From Octopus vulgaris (Eukaryota), in the NCBI GenBank assembly GCA_951406725.2, contig OX597828.1, positions 16,492,001 through 16,556,000 on the forward strand: a stretch of DNA of 64,000 nt. Reading direction: 5' to 3'. Shown here piece after piece: positions 27,785 through 41,911 of the stretch. Position numbers and translations under genes: made by a program. Each line of letters begins with the position of its first letter. Positions within the stretch are counted from its first letter, which is position 1. The notes beneath the pieces are model-generated. The model was not told the DNA's origin. It did no database searches and worked only from the letters and a program-made list of their open reading frames with translations.

Positions 27785-28110
27785 TGACTGTGGCACCAAA
27801 AAGGTCCCGGACTAGTTCTGTAGCGCGCCAACAGATCACAGAACATGGTTGCGTGCGCAGTGAGAGCTAGCAGTAACTTTCGTGAGACAGTGTACGGAGT
27901 GACATCGCTCTGTTTACTCCGCAAGTCGCGAAATTTGCGCTTTCGTGATCACGTGTAAGCTGCAATCTTCGACTTATGTCTTGAACACAAAGTTGGAACA
28001 AAGAAATAAGGTGAAATTTTGTATTAAACTTGGGAAGTCTGCTACACAGGCATTGAGCATGCTTCGGCAAACTTACGGTGACGGGGCAATGGGTCGTACA
28101 CAACGTTTCT
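27785..28110 (+). pseudogene. Mariner transposase 5' fragment (N-terminal HTH)
   Basis: LEQRNKVKFCIKLGKSATQALSMLRQTYGDGAMGRTQRF (about 27993-28109) matches the mariner N-terminal pattern EQR..IKFC.KLGKSATET..ML...YGD.AMSRT. Truncated. Confidence 0.85.
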
Positions 28111-28319
28111 TATATCTGTGCGGGGAAAGGAATATACGTACAGATGTATGAATGTTGGTCTGCGTGAGTCACTGACTATGAATCTATATACATGTATGTA
28201 TACGTGCTTCTATGAGCGCATCTATCTATGTATGTGTGCTTCTATATGTATGTCGTATGCGTGGAAGTGTATATACGCACACACACGCACAAGCACATAC
28301 ACACACATGTATATTATAT

Positions 28320-28758
28320 ATATATATATATATATCAAGCTGAAGTTGTGTGTGTGTAGCAGGTTTGGTAGCCTTCAACGAACACTATCTCCTCCGAGAC
28401 CCTACGGCGCAAGTTGACCAAAATTGAGAGTATGATAGAAGGCTTGCTCCTCATTCCGTAGAAGAAAAAAATTTCAAATTGGACCATGTTGAGACCCAAA
28501 AATTATTTACATCAGAAAGGTGTTTTTTCTATGAAAATCCCTATTTTTTACGATTTTTTTACCGCTGTGTCGCCATTTTTCTGTGTATTTCAACCAGAAA
28601 AATGTTCATTTAAAGAGAATAACAAGCTACATAATGCAAAATTTTTACTTTTGAAAGAAGATTGAAATTATCTCAAAACTTTGTTAACGCGACATCAAAG
28701 TCTGCCGTTTTAAGCGCAACTAAAGAACAAACCCGAGCAACGCCGAGCTATGCTGCTA

Positions 28759-28759
<1 letters not shown>
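28320..28759 (+). mobile_element. Non-autonomous Helitron
   Basis: 5' (TA)n-aagctgaagttgtgtgtg. 3' GC-rich hairpin-like cccgagcaacgccgag followed by CTAG|T at 28756-28760. Confidence 0.8.
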
Positions 28760-28819
<60 letters not shown>

Positions 28820-28826
<7 letters not shown>

Positions 28827-30531
28827 ATTAGAGATAAAACCACTATTAGGTAAATCAAACAGTGAAAATCATAAGCCAATACATAGAAATAAAATTAATT
28901 AAAAAGTATAAAAAATATAAAATATAAAATATAAAAATCCAATTAAAATATTTAAATTAAAGTTAAAATTTTAAAAAATTACTTAAGTTAATAAATTAAA
29001 CTTATAAATTTTAAATATATATATATATATATATATTATTTTATTTATTTATTTATTTATTTTTATTTATTTATTTATATATATGTGACCGAAACATTAC
29101 ATAGAGAGAGATGAATTATAATTTCAACAATTGAGGGTGAAATTAATTAATTATTAATCAATTTTACCAAGTATTCAGTATGTAAAGTATTAGAAATAGT
29201 TTAAAAAAAATTTTTTTAGCTGCTATTTCTAATGAGTTCAGTATGTGGCAAAGTAATTTATTTTACTAAGCCCTTTTATATTATGTATATATATATATAA
29301 TTTTTTTTTCATTTTAAACTATCAAAAAGTATTAAAAGTTTAATATAAGATAAAGAGTAAAAACACTACGATCGTTTCATTCCCGTAACCAATTCGAATA
29401 ACAATAATAATAATTTAAATTGAATTAATAATTCGAATTATGGTTACAGTCAATCTTCAGGTTAATTGTAATATTTTAATAAATAATCAGAAATATTTAA
29501 ACAATATTTTTAAAGAAATAAATAATATAATAAATTTTCTTATAAAAAACTCTATTATCAAACTAGAAACTTAACGATTATGATTATGTCAAAACAACGA
29601 TTATAATGTTAAATATTAATTTTAATTTTTAAGTATTAATTTTTAAGGTAAGAAACCCACCAATGATCTAATATCAGTAATAGTCAATATCTAATTACAT
29701 AAATATTTTACAAAAAAATGACTATTCATATTATTAAAATATAAAATTTAAATAATATATAAATTATCAATGAAAATATATAAATGTATATAAATATTAT
29801 AATTAAGATCTAAAATAATCTCTATAAATAAATATATATGCAAATATAATAAAGACATAATAAATTAATTTTTCATATTTAAAGATGAAATAGCTAATTT
29901 CAAAAATACAAATAAACAATCTTAAACGAACGCTATAGCAAATTAACTATCTTTATATCTCTTTGGCTAAATAATAACTTTCAAAAATCTTATATTTAAA
30001 ATACTTAAAGAAATAATCAATTCGTAGTTATATGGTATCAAATAAATACTATAAATATATTTATCAATGGAATTAATATAACTAGCAAATAACAATTTAA
30101 AAAGACAATATATAAGTTAAAATAATAATTATAAGAAATTTAAAACTACAATTAATGCTATTAATACATGTATATACATGAATCTAACTTAAAACAACTC
30201 GTATACTTGCTATCAAATAACATATCTATCGCTAAGTAAATTCTTACGAATAAACTTAAAGTTAATATCTAATGATTATATAGAAAATTACGATAATTAG
30301 ATAAACAACGATATTTACATAAAAAAACAATAATATTATACCATACGACTTATAAAATATTAAAATTAAAAATTTAAAAATCTTAAATATAAATAAATAC
30401 TTAGCTTAGCGAGGTTTTGCCTAATAGTGGTTTTATCTCTAATTTAATATAATATATATTTATACTATAAAATTAGATTTAATCCTAAATCTAATTTTTC
30501 CCTGTAAGTTTGGATTTACTCCCTAATATTT

Positions 30532-30537
<6 letters not shown>
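28820..30537. mobile_element. Extremely AT-rich Penelope-like non-autonomous element with 31-bp inverted repeats and an internal hammerhead
   Basis: atattaaattagagataaaaccactattagg (28820-28850) is the exact reverse complement of 30420-30450. (TA)n on both flanks. HHR at 29362-29465. Confidence 0.7.
29362..29465 (-). ncRNA. Type I hammerhead with long stem II
   Basis: Minus: aac-CTGAAGA-ttgac-tgtaacc-ata-attcgaat...attcgaat-t-ggttacg-ggaat-GAAA-CGATCG-TA-gtgtt. Palindromic stem III. Confidence 0.7.
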
Positions 30538-30596
<59 letters not shown>

Positions 30597-30639
30597 CATA
30601 CATATATGTATGTATATATATATTCTCTTTCTCTTTTTC

Positions 30640-31040
30640 TCTTTTACTTGTTTCAGTCATTTGACTGCGGCCATGCTAGAGCACCGCCTTTAGTCGAGCA
30701 AATCGATCCCGGGACTTATTCTTTGTAAGCCCAGTACTTATTCTATCGGTCTCTTTTGCCGAACCGCTAAGTGACGGGGACGTAAACACACCAGCATCGG
30801 TTGTCAAGCAATGCTAGGGGGACAAACACAGACACACAAACACTCACACACACATACATATATATATATATACATATATATGACAGGCTTCTTTCAGTTT
30901 CCGTCTACCAAATCCACTCACAAGACATTGGTCGGCCCGGGGCTATAGCAGAAGACACTTGCCTAAGATGCCACGCAGAGGGACTGAACCCGGAACCATG
31001 TGGTTGGTTAGCAAGCTACTTACCACACAGCCACTCCTGC
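30640..31040 (-). mobile_element. SINE family A
   Basis: Full-length match to 9434-9858. Confidence 0.92.
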
Positions 31041-31336
31041 TGTGTATATATATATATATATATATATAAACACACATATACATATATATATATTGGGTGG
31101 AGAACGTATTATCAATTAGTAAATGCCATATAAATATGATAGAATCATAAGCAGAAACAATGATGGAGATTGAATGCCAAACGTTACAAGAATAATCAAG
31201 CTATGAAGATATCAACGGTCTTTGTCCTCATGCTAATTAATTAACAGTGATACAGAAAACAGACTGGGTTATGAAAATCTACGTGGAGATCTAAATGTAA
31301 CGCCAGCAGCTGTACATCTACTGGTACATATAATTT

Positions 31337-31397
<61 letters not shown>

Positions 31398-31548
31398 ACA
31401 CAAACATACATATATATACATACATATATATACATGCATACTCATATATATATATATATATACACAAACATACATACAAACACATACATATATATATATA
31501 TATATAATTATATATACATATCTCTCTATCTACCTATCTCCCTGTCTG

Positions 31549-31637
<89 letters not shown>

Positions 31638-31898
31638 ATGTGTCTGCGAGCATGTGTGTATGAAAAGGTTAAATTATATTTCGTCCTTTAATTTGGCGGA
31701 TTCCAAAACCAATTTCTAATATACATTCTTCATATTTTGCTGGTAGCTTACCGGCGTAAGTTTGCGAATTTGAAAAAATATGAAAATAATACTTGTATGT
31801 GGTGTGTTATGTAATTTATGGAAAGCTATCCCAAAAAACTCAATAAATTTGTTAAAAAATGAATAAGTGATGTTAAAATTAAAGATAATTTTAATTCA

Positions 31899-32016
31899 TG
31901 CATACGATCGTTTCAAACAACGATAATAAAATCATGCAAATTCATGGTTGAATAGAAATAGTTAAATTAATTAAATTAAATTAAATTAATTATATATCAC
32001 TGTTCTTCTCAGTGTA
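31899..32016 (-). ncRNA. Decayed type I hammerhead with long stem II, inside AT-rich block 31690-33050
   Basis: Minus: taca-CTGAGAAg-aacagtgata...tatcgttgtt-t-GAAA-CGATCG-TA-tgca. First box imperfect. Confidence 0.55.
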
Positions 32017-33200
32017 AGAAGTATAAACAAAATTTTAAAAAAGGACTTGATAAAGGAAATACGAGAGAATGATTTCGGATATTCATATTTATCCTTATGA
32101 GAATACGGGCATCATAATAATGAATGTGAGTCTAGTTAGGTATAAACTAAAAATTAATGCAACTAACGGTTATTTGAAAATATAAGTGAAAGAGGTTTTA
32201 TGAGTCGTACCCTCTATAGAAGAGTAAGGATATAAGTAATTCTAACTCCAAATAATTCGTGTATGTAAAGGAAGCTTTATAGAAATGTCCAACGGAAAAG
32301 TATAGTTATGTTTGAATTATGATATGATCTGACAGTTATAATCAATACTAGGTGTTGTGTATATTAAACGTTTTTTTTTTTTTTACATGAGAATGAAGTT
32401 AAACTAGAGGATATAGTATATAGATGACTGCTAGAATGTAAAGTAAACAAGTATTAAAGGATAGAAATGCTTAAAGAGCTACGTAACATTGAGTTGTGTT
32501 AGTGTAAGAACTAATATTCGTTTGCATGTATTAAATATGAGATAAAAAAATAAAAAATCAGGAAATTACTTGTTAATATTATAGATTTAGATAGTAAACA
32601 CTTACTGTGGCTATGAATACTAAAAAGAACGTTCGTAGTAAACTGAAAATAACAATGTAGGGACGATAATAGAGCTAGGAATGAAAAGTAGAAAAAAAGG
32701 GTTTAAGTTATAAGTACTGATATGTAATACATTGATTATGTTTAAGTATAAATAAAAATATGAGTTAAGGGACTAGTTTGGTTTAAAGTGAGAGGGAAGT
32801 ATATAGTAGCATTATTTTAGTAATAAGTATCCAAGTAAAAGACGATTATTGTGCATTATGAATATAAGAAACAAATATATATACATATATCTAAGTATAC
32901 TAATTATCAGATATAACTCTACTAACGTATCAGTATATACTAACAATTTTTTTCCCTAATAAGATATTTTTATATGATATTATATATGAATTATTTTGTA
33001 TATTCAGTATACTTATGTGCACCCACTACTCGTAAAGATCTCTTTTCTTACACACATATATATATATATATATATGTGTGTGTGTATGTGTGTGTATAAT
33101 AAATTAAAAATGTATTAAATACTACAAAACGTACACGTAGGACCGACACAAGGACACTAATTCTTCGTCAGTTATTGACTGAAAATATTAATACCCAGTT

Positions 33201-33270
<70 letters not shown>

Positions 33271-33339
33271 TTTAATTAAAAGAAATAATATATAATTAAT
33301 GAGAGAGACAGAAGATGGAAAATACGAAAATCGTTATTC

Positions 33340-33444
33340 ACCACTACAATCGTTTCGACCCATCTATCATCTATCCCTCGCGTTTGGACAGTGTACAACT
33401 GGTTCAGGTGTATCCTTCGTTGTAGATATATCTCCTCAGGTGAT
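33340..33444 (-). ncRNA. Type I hammerhead with long stem II
   Basis: Minus: atcac-CTGAGGA-gatatatcta...tagatgggtc-GAAA-CGATTG-TA-gtggt. 5-bp stem I, G-C closing pair of stem II. Confidence 0.72.
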
Positions 33445-34571
33445 TTCAATAGGTATCTCGTTAAAATAAACTACGTTTCGCACAACTTATCATTGCTTGT
33501 TTTCTTGTCGGTCTGCGTAGAGAGAAAAGGCAAATTAACAGATACTGCTGCATATTTTACTGGCATACTACCAGGTGCATACTATTCGATTTATCAACTA
33601 AACACACACAGCCTCACACACGCACATTCAATGCCAATACCCACAACAGTAGCATCATAAACAATCAACAGCAGCTGCAATGAAAGCAACACTGACGGTG
33701 ATAAAAACTATATCGATTATGGTATGTTATTATCCTACTATATCAATTATGATACACACACAGCTTAATTTGTCGAGAATGAAGCTTACAGCCTCGCCAA
33801 AATCATGGATAAAAGCTATCCTTTCCGTTGAAGATAAAAATGAAGACAAAGCTGAATCCATGAACATCATTATAGGTACAAAGAAAATACATAGACACAA
33901 TATATATATATATGATATAATATAATATAATATGATATGATATGATATATAATATAATATAATATAATGTAAAAGATCAAGCGAGTTATATATATATCAA
34001 AAGCAAGAACGTTATTCTCACTGGGTTCATTCGTTAGTAGTTTTTTTCTTTGATAGGAACGAGCTGACAGAATTGTTTGAGTGTTATAAAAAAATGCGCT
34101 GCAGTATTTCTTCCGGGTCTTATTCTTCTGAGTTCAAATCCTGTCGAGGTTAAATTTGCCTTTCATCATTTCGATGGGGTTGAGATCAAGTAACAGTCCA
34201 ATACTCTCAACGATGGTGTCGTACAACCCTTTTCCCCCAGAATAGCCTGACGCTTGTCTAAATGAAAATAAGCAAAACAAAATCGAAAACAACGAAATAC
34301 AAAACAAAACAAAAAACAAGCAAACAAGGCAACAAGAACAAACAAACAAGCAACAAAATGAAACAAATATAAATTTCAAAAAACCAGGCTTAAGGTCCGG
34401 ACATCAATTTCCGTAGTCGTGGTGCAGGCGATCATATACTATAACTTGCGATCGATGTTCGGAGTTAAAAGTGACTATTTGAAACATACTGACAATGGAC
34501 TGAGAAAGTTTAATGAAAATTATATATATAAAAGAAGCCCGTTGTCTATATTTATTTACATACAACGAGCT

Positions 34572-34627
<56 letters not shown>

Positions 34628-34913
34628 CTGTAAAAGTTAGAGGTTGGGAAGCCAACCAAATAAGGGATAGTACCTATCCAATATACTGCTGGTAGTGTAC
34701 CAAATTATCGTTGCCTCTTGGCAGAAACGGCCGTAAGGAGCTGATATTTTACTCTTCTATGTATTTTTACTATCTTATGTATTGTGTAACGCACAGCCTT
34801 TGCGTGTATATGTATTCTTATAATACTTCCATATGTTTTAGAATAGATAGACGTAATAGAATGTCCACCGGCTGATGTATGTCATTTTTTTTATCCCCTC
34901 CATTTTCTTTTTT

Positions 34914-34957
<44 letters not shown>

Positions 34958-35253
34958 GTGTGTGTGTGTATGAATGTAAGTATGCGCATGTCTTTGTGTC
35001 TGTATTTGCCAACCACCATTGTTTGGCAATCGGCGTTGTTGTGTTTACGTCCCTAGGACTTAGCAAAAGTGGCCGTTAAAATAAGGACCAGGTTTAGAAA
35101 TATTAAATACCGACGTCCACTTGTTTCACTAGGATTTTTCATGGCTGTGCTCCAGCGTGGCCGCCTTCTAATGGCTGAAATAAGTAACAGGTAAAGGACA
35201 AAATATACATGTATACACACATACATACATACATACATACATACATACATACA

Positions 35254-35288
<35 letters not shown>

Positions 35289-35292
35289 TTTT

Positions 35293-35326
<34 letters not shown>

Positions 35327-35734
35327 GTATTTTTATATATAGGTATATATACAGTATATATATACATATGCCTATATATATATATATATATAAAGATTAA
35401 AAGCGAGATCAGGAACAGCAATGAGACCCATAAATAGTCTCATCTAATTCTCCCAATCAATATATTTTCAGTTAATCGATACTTCAATTCATATATTCAT
35501 TCATACACATGCACACAGTCATACACACGCACATATGCCCACTTAAATATATGCATATACGCATAATATCTGTACATGTGGAGTGTAGACATACGAGAAT
35601 GTCACGAGGCTCTACTTAATTCATCTAATCGAGGCATTTATACTCAATGAGCGTTTTACAACTAATTAGGAAATGATATGGATGCATGTAACTAAGATAT
35701 GTACGTATATATGTATATGCACATGCCTACATAC

Positions 35735-35769
<35 letters not shown>

Positions 35770-36064
35770 CACACAAATACACACACACATATATATATAT
35801 ACATATATATATATATGCGCATGTACAAACACAAACAGACGCATACACACAGGCACACAATCATGCACACAACACATATGCTAATGTATAATTACATAAG
35901 TATATATGCACACTTGTATATATTGTGTATATAATATATAGATTAGTACTTATAATTAAATATATACATATATACATGTATGTATGAATGCATATATATA
36001 TATACATACATAAACACACACATATACCCATGCATATATATGCATGTATGTATATATGTATGTG

Positions 36065-36125
<61 letters not shown>

Positions 36126-36130
36126 GTATG

Positions 36131-36203
<73 letters not shown>

Positions 36204-36383
36204 TTACATATATTTTTACTCTACATATGAGTGTGTACATATGTTTCTCTGTACTGGTGTACATATAAACATATTTTGAAATCTTTATGTTCAAAAATAT
36301 ATATGCATACATTGTTGTACATACACACAAATTCACGCATACACACACACACGCAAACACGCACGTATTCATATATATCAATC

Positions 36384-36414
<31 letters not shown>

Positions 36415-36496
36415 CATATATATATAATAAATATATATTATATATGTATAATATATATATATATAATATATATGTTAAATATATGTATGTATAATA

Positions 36497-36596
36497 NNNN
36501 NNNNNNNNNNNNNNNNNNNNNNNNNNNNNNNNNNNNNNNNNNNNNNNNNNNNNNNNNNNNNNNNNNNNNNNNNNNNNNNNNNNNNNNNNNNNNNNN
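36497..36596. other. Assembly gap (100 N)
   Basis: Direct reading. Confidence 1.
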
Positions 36597-36682
36597 TGTA
36601 CTTTTCAAGATTTTTACTCACTGTTCCCAGGACTCCAACAATTATTGCCACAACTATCACCTTTTTCATTGACCACAACTGC

Positions 36683-36684
<2 letters not shown>
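36597..36684 (-). mobile_element. Dong/R4-clade RLE fragment running into the gap
   Basis: KQLWSMKKVIVVAIIVGVLGTVSKNLEKY, 5'-truncated at (TAA)n. Confidence 0.78.
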
Positions 36685-36715
<31 letters not shown>

Positions 36716-37797
36716 GGTGACATATCATTGAAGAAAGCTTAAAGATTCACTTTTGTGACAATAATGTTGATTAACCCTCTTAAACTACAAATAGGTCATG
36801 TAAGTAAAATAGTGAAGGATGTTTTTTTTTATATTGTATGTGTGTATTGAAAGACTTAAACATGCTGGAAGGCAGAAATAAATATATTCAACAAAATGTA
36901 TAAGAATCAGGAAAAGAAATAGACATTCTGTAGAAAAATATAAAAGAAACTAATGAATCAAGAGAGAATGTTGTCAATAGTATGTTCCCTGTATCAAATA
37001 TGTTAATACTAGCTTAACTGTTTAGTTTTTTTTTTAATGCAGGTAATGTCTATAAATAATCTAAACTTTTAAACAATAGTATATATGTACATACTTACAT
37101 TGTTGTGTATGTACTCATAGTATATGCAAGTTTTTTAGTAGGTGAGGAAACAGGATAAGCAGGAAACATTGTACATGATAAGGTGAACTTTGACATGCCA
37201 GTCTATTATGTTTATATGTAGAGACTAGAAAAGGTGACAAATATATAGATTCAGGGTAGAAGTACGTAAATCTAACACACATGAATATATACAATTCAGT
37301 TCCTGCTTCATTTCAGAAACTCTTGCACTGTAACTAAAAGTTTAGTCAGTAATAAAGACCAAGTCAACTTAGTTTTTGTTTGTCATAGAAGAGATTGAAC
37401 TCAGCATCTCAAGTCCAAAAAACTCTTGTCAATATCCCAGGGCTGCTGTGGGTGACAGCTGAGTAGTGATGACCACTGATGGCTAAATGTCTTCAACATA
37501 GACACAATGCACTATCACTGACAGGATTTGAACCAGCAACCCGTCCATATACTGTCTACTGCTTCAAGACCTTTGCATTCTGTGGTTCTTATAAATCAAA
37601 ATGGAATTGGTAGACTAAAAGACATAACTATTCCATGGCTCTTATGGCATCTCTTACTTTTAAAGACATTCATGAATTTGGTCTTCTTTTCATTTTTAGT
37701 TCACGGAACCAAATAGATGATAGCTATGATGTGAATGCTCCTTTCCTGGCCCCTTTAGCATAGCTGATTCAAATATATATATATAGAAAGAGAGAGG

Positions 37798-37831
<34 letters not shown>

Positions 37832-37901
37832 ATAAGGAGGAGAAAAGAGCCTCAATATTTAACTGCTAATATAGTAATGAACTGAAGGAAAGAAAAATAA
37901 A

Positions 37902-37941
<40 letters not shown>

Positions 37942-37944
<3 letters not shown>

Positions 37945-38085
37945 GTTAGAAAGGGCATCCAGCCGTAGAAACTCAGCCAGACCAGACTGGAGCCTAGTGC
38001 AGCCACTGGCTTTCCAGACCTGTCAAACCATCCAACCCATGCCAGCATGGAAAACGGATGTTAATCGATGATGATGATGATGATA
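37942..38085 (+). mobile_element. 3' part of an RTE-associated SINE or retroposon with (GAT)n tail
   Basis: ggcgttagaaagggcatccagccgtagaaa...ccaacccatgccagcatggaaaacggatgttaa-(gat)n. Confidence 0.65.
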
Positions 38086-38547
38086 TACATACATATATAT
38101 ATGGTATTTTCTGTTGCTCCTTTGCCGTTCTAAAAAATAGCATTTGTAACACTTTATCTCGTTCGGCTTAACAGCCCTTCTTGTTTTGTGTTTGTGTTTG
38201 TGTTTGTCCGCAAAAAGATCTAAAATTTTATTTAACTTGCTTTTCGCGGGAAGGAAAGTTTCTTTGTGTTTGTGTAGATTGGCGACTGAATTTTCCTTGT
38301 ATTATTTGTCCTGTACTCTATCTTTTGTTTTTTAAGAAAAATGTCCAGTTCCTCGGTTTTGTGTTTGTGTTTGTGTTTGTGTTTGTGTGTGAGCTTGTAT
38401 ATGTATTCATGTGTTGGGTGCATTACACACATATACACACACTCAGTCTCTCTCTCTCTTTCTCTCTCTGTTCTTCTCTGTATAATGTGTGTGTATTTTT
38501 TATTTATTTTATATTTATATTTATTTATAACTTAACATTATGTAATT

Positions 38548-38667
38548 TATAATCTCTGACGAAGCCTAGAGAAACACCCAAGTACCTCAATTTCATCTTC
38601 AGTCTGCTTGAGTAATGAAGGTAGAATGAGGTATTTTTGCCTCTTGGCTGAAACAGCTGTAAGTTAT
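38548..38667 (+). ncRNA. Type I hammerhead with about 87-nt extended stem II
   Basis: ataatct-CTGACGA-agcctagag...tacctca..atcttca/tgaaggt..tgaggta...ctcttggct-GAAA-CAGCTG-TA-agttat. Core fully intact. Confidence 0.8.
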
Positions 38668-38871
38668 TTTCCCAATTTACATTCACGTACGTTATTTTGA
38701 AGTAATTACTGGTATCCTTATATTAATACATTTTATATCCTATATGTAAAGCATAATATGTTATATATGTATGTATAGTCTTGTAATTGTCAGTTTAGTA
38801 AATAAATAAGTTAACATAATATAATGTCTAAAAATTGATGAACCACCTATCGATCCCCTCCATTTTCTTAT

Positions 38872-38923
<52 letters not shown>

Positions 38924-39302
38924 TTGTGTGTGTGTGTATATATATATTTATTTATTTATTTATTTATGGAGGAATAAAAAGACGATGAATTTGATTCACG
39001 TTGTTTGGCAAGTATTTTATTTCATCGACCCCCGATGAGATGCAAGACAAAGTGGCTTTGCCGTGATCTGATCGCAGAACAAAAAATGCTGTAAGTAAAT
39101 GAGGTTGCTGAGCTCAGATTTTTCTGCGGTGGACTTTACTTACCCTCTATCTTCCCGAAACCGATAAAAATAATTTGCCAATCGAAAGTAATAGATTTGT
39201 AGCACTGTAAGACCACCGGACTGGTTCTTTTGCAATATTTTTTCCGGTTCTTCGCTTTGTGAGTTCAAACCCCGCTATAGCTCACTACATGGTCGTCTTA
39301 AC

Positions 39303-39465
39303 CTATCGCTCGATGTAACACCATCATATGGCACCTTGGATGTCGTTGGCGGAGTATCCTTAGTTGCAAGCATTCGATCCAGGTATCCGGTTTGACGGTA
39401 CTTTCGTCCCTCTCTCCTGCGAGTCTTGGTGGCCATTCAGTGTACCATAGACTATGCTGTTCCTC
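39303..39465 (-). CDS. Candidate internal exon (phase 0-1): EEQHSLWYTEWPPRLAGERDESTVKPDTWIECLQLRILRQRHPRCHMMVLHRAI
   Basis: Acceptor tttcttgtttatcatttattcag, donor AG|GTTAAG. Only one of three frames is open, and its phases match both neighbouring candidate exons. Confidence 0.6.
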
Positions 39466-39649
39466 CTGAATAAATGATAAACAAGAAATCGTGAGAACAC
39501 TTATTGCAGAACATGGAGACAGTAAATACAATATTATAAAATCAAAGTGACTGCATCATTCAAACATTATTTTTTCGACCATCAAAACATGGAAGGTGAA
39601 ATTAACCATAATGTAATTTAACTGAGAAGATAAAAGACTGAAGCTAAAC

Positions 39650-40580
39650 ATTGGCTTCAACTTTTGGCACAAAGTCAATAATTTCGAAGGAAGAAGTCAG
39701 TCGAGTACATGGACCTCTGTAATTGGCTCGTAAGGCAAAGCCAACCTCGGTGGAATTTGAACTCACGAGGTAAAGACGGATGAAATTCCGCCAAACATTT
39801 TGGATAGTTTGCTAACGTTCATTATTTCTTTATTGCCAACAACGGGGCTAAACATAGAGCTGTAAACAAAGGACAGACAAAGGGATTAAGTCGATCATAT
39901 CAACCACAGTGCGTAACTGGTACTTAATTTATCGACCCCGAAAGGATGAAAGGTAAACTCGACCATAGCGGAATTTGAACTCTGAACGTAAAGACAGGCG
40001 AAATGCCGCTAAGCATGAAGTTAAATGTTGGGTTGAAATTTTGGCACCAGGCCAGCAATTTTGAGGGAAGTGTAAGGGGATTATGTCGATACCAGTTCTC
40101 AACTGTTACTTATTTTATCGACCCCAAGAGGATGAAAGGCAAAGTCGATCTCGGCAGCATTTGAACTTAGAAAAGAGACCCGGCAGAAATGCTGTTAAGC
40201 ATTCCACCCGGCGCGCTGATGATTCTACCTACTCATCGCATTAATGAAACTAAATATCATGTGGGCATAAGGAAACAAAACTGGGAATGTCTTTAGATGA
40301 CTAAACTCGTTTATTTCCGTAGAACTTTATTTTGATCTCGGAACATAAAAGGCTGGAAGTAAAAATAGTCTTTTCTACCAAAGGTGCACGGCGGAAAATT
40401 TAGTACCAGCAGTCCGGTGCTCCAGTGGTACTTATTTTATCGACCCCAGTGCTCAACTGGCACCAATTTTATCTACTTACGAAAGGCTGAAATGCAACAT
40501 CGACCTCGGCAGAATTCGAAATTGTAGCGTAAAGACGGACGAAGTTCAGAGCATATTATCCGGCATGCTAGCTGTTCGAC
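39650..40580 (-). mobile_element. Cluster of at least four diverged, co-oriented SINE family B copies
   Basis: Repeated atcgacccc..aggatgaaaggcaaagtcgacctcggc..atttgaactc motifs at about 39735, 39930, 40120 and 40440-40500. Confidence 0.8.
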
Positions 40581-41075
40581 CATAATGATATTTTACATCA
40601 GCGCCAAACCAATAACGTTCGGATCGAGAACAATTTCTTATATCGGGACTAGGCTGTCACTTATTTCATAGACTCTGTTTATGGTAAAAAAAAAAAAAAA
40701 AGAAAAGACGAAGTCGATGCTGGTGGGATTTAAATATAATTTTTTTTAAAAATAGGAACTGACATAACTAATCACTGTGTGCCTTTTTTCTCCAACGCTG
40801 TATTGAATCTGCCATCACGAAAATATAAAAAGCTGTCAGGCGACTTGCTAAAAAGTGGTGCATGTGTTTATTGTCCGTCGGCATTAATTTTTATACTGTG
40901 AAGTTTGTGTGTTTGTATCAGTTCGTATGTCGTGGGAAGAGGAGTACCTGCCAATTAGATGCCGTCACTTTGTCCGAGATAGATAGACAAACAGATAGAT
41001 ACCTAGATAGATAGAGAGATAGGTAGATAGATAGATAGATAAATAGATAAATATGTTGACTGATTGATAAATAGA

Positions 41076-41121
<46 letters not shown>

Positions 41122-41669
41122 AGAGAGAGAGAGACATAAAAGACTGCTTTTGTTAAACCACCATTTTCTCGAAAATTGCTTCTCATATATATATATTTAT
41201 ATCGAGGTTTGCGGCTGTTTCATTACCAAGGTTTTTGTTGACGCTTCAACCTTGCAAGATTGAAAGATTATTTTAAACAAGTGTTGATTCCTTGAAACGA
41301 ACGATAACATTTTTTCCCCTCTTGTTACTTATTTTTAAGCTAATCAGAGTCAGAACGCCAATCGTACGATGAGATGACTTTACGGTAATAATATTAAAAT
41401 AAACAGAGTAACAGGCAAATCAACACCAAGGGTGAGGAAATAATACTGGAGGTGACAACTCTGCGGGAAATAATTAAATAGAATGCCAAAACGATAGCAA
41501 CACTTACAAATGAGTCAACGCGAGAAGCTTTCACAGGGTAGTTCGACATTCTAGAAACAGCAGTCAGTTAAATTTCCATGAAATCGCTAAACTTCATGTC
41601 TTAAAAATATAAATATACTCCGGAAAACGCATTTGCACTCTCACGGACAAACACCAACATACACACGTA

Positions 41670-41878
41670 TCTCTTTTACTCTTTTACTTGTTTCAGTCAT
41701 TTGACTGCGGCCGTTCTGGAGCACCACCTTTAGTCGAGCAAATCGACACCGAGACTTATTCTTTGTAAGCCTACTACTTATTCTATCGGTCTCTCTTGCC
41801 AAACCGCTAAGTGACGGGGATGTAAACACACCGGCAACGTTTGTCAAGCGATATGGGGAGACAAACACAGACACACAA

Positions 41879-41911
<33 letters not shown>

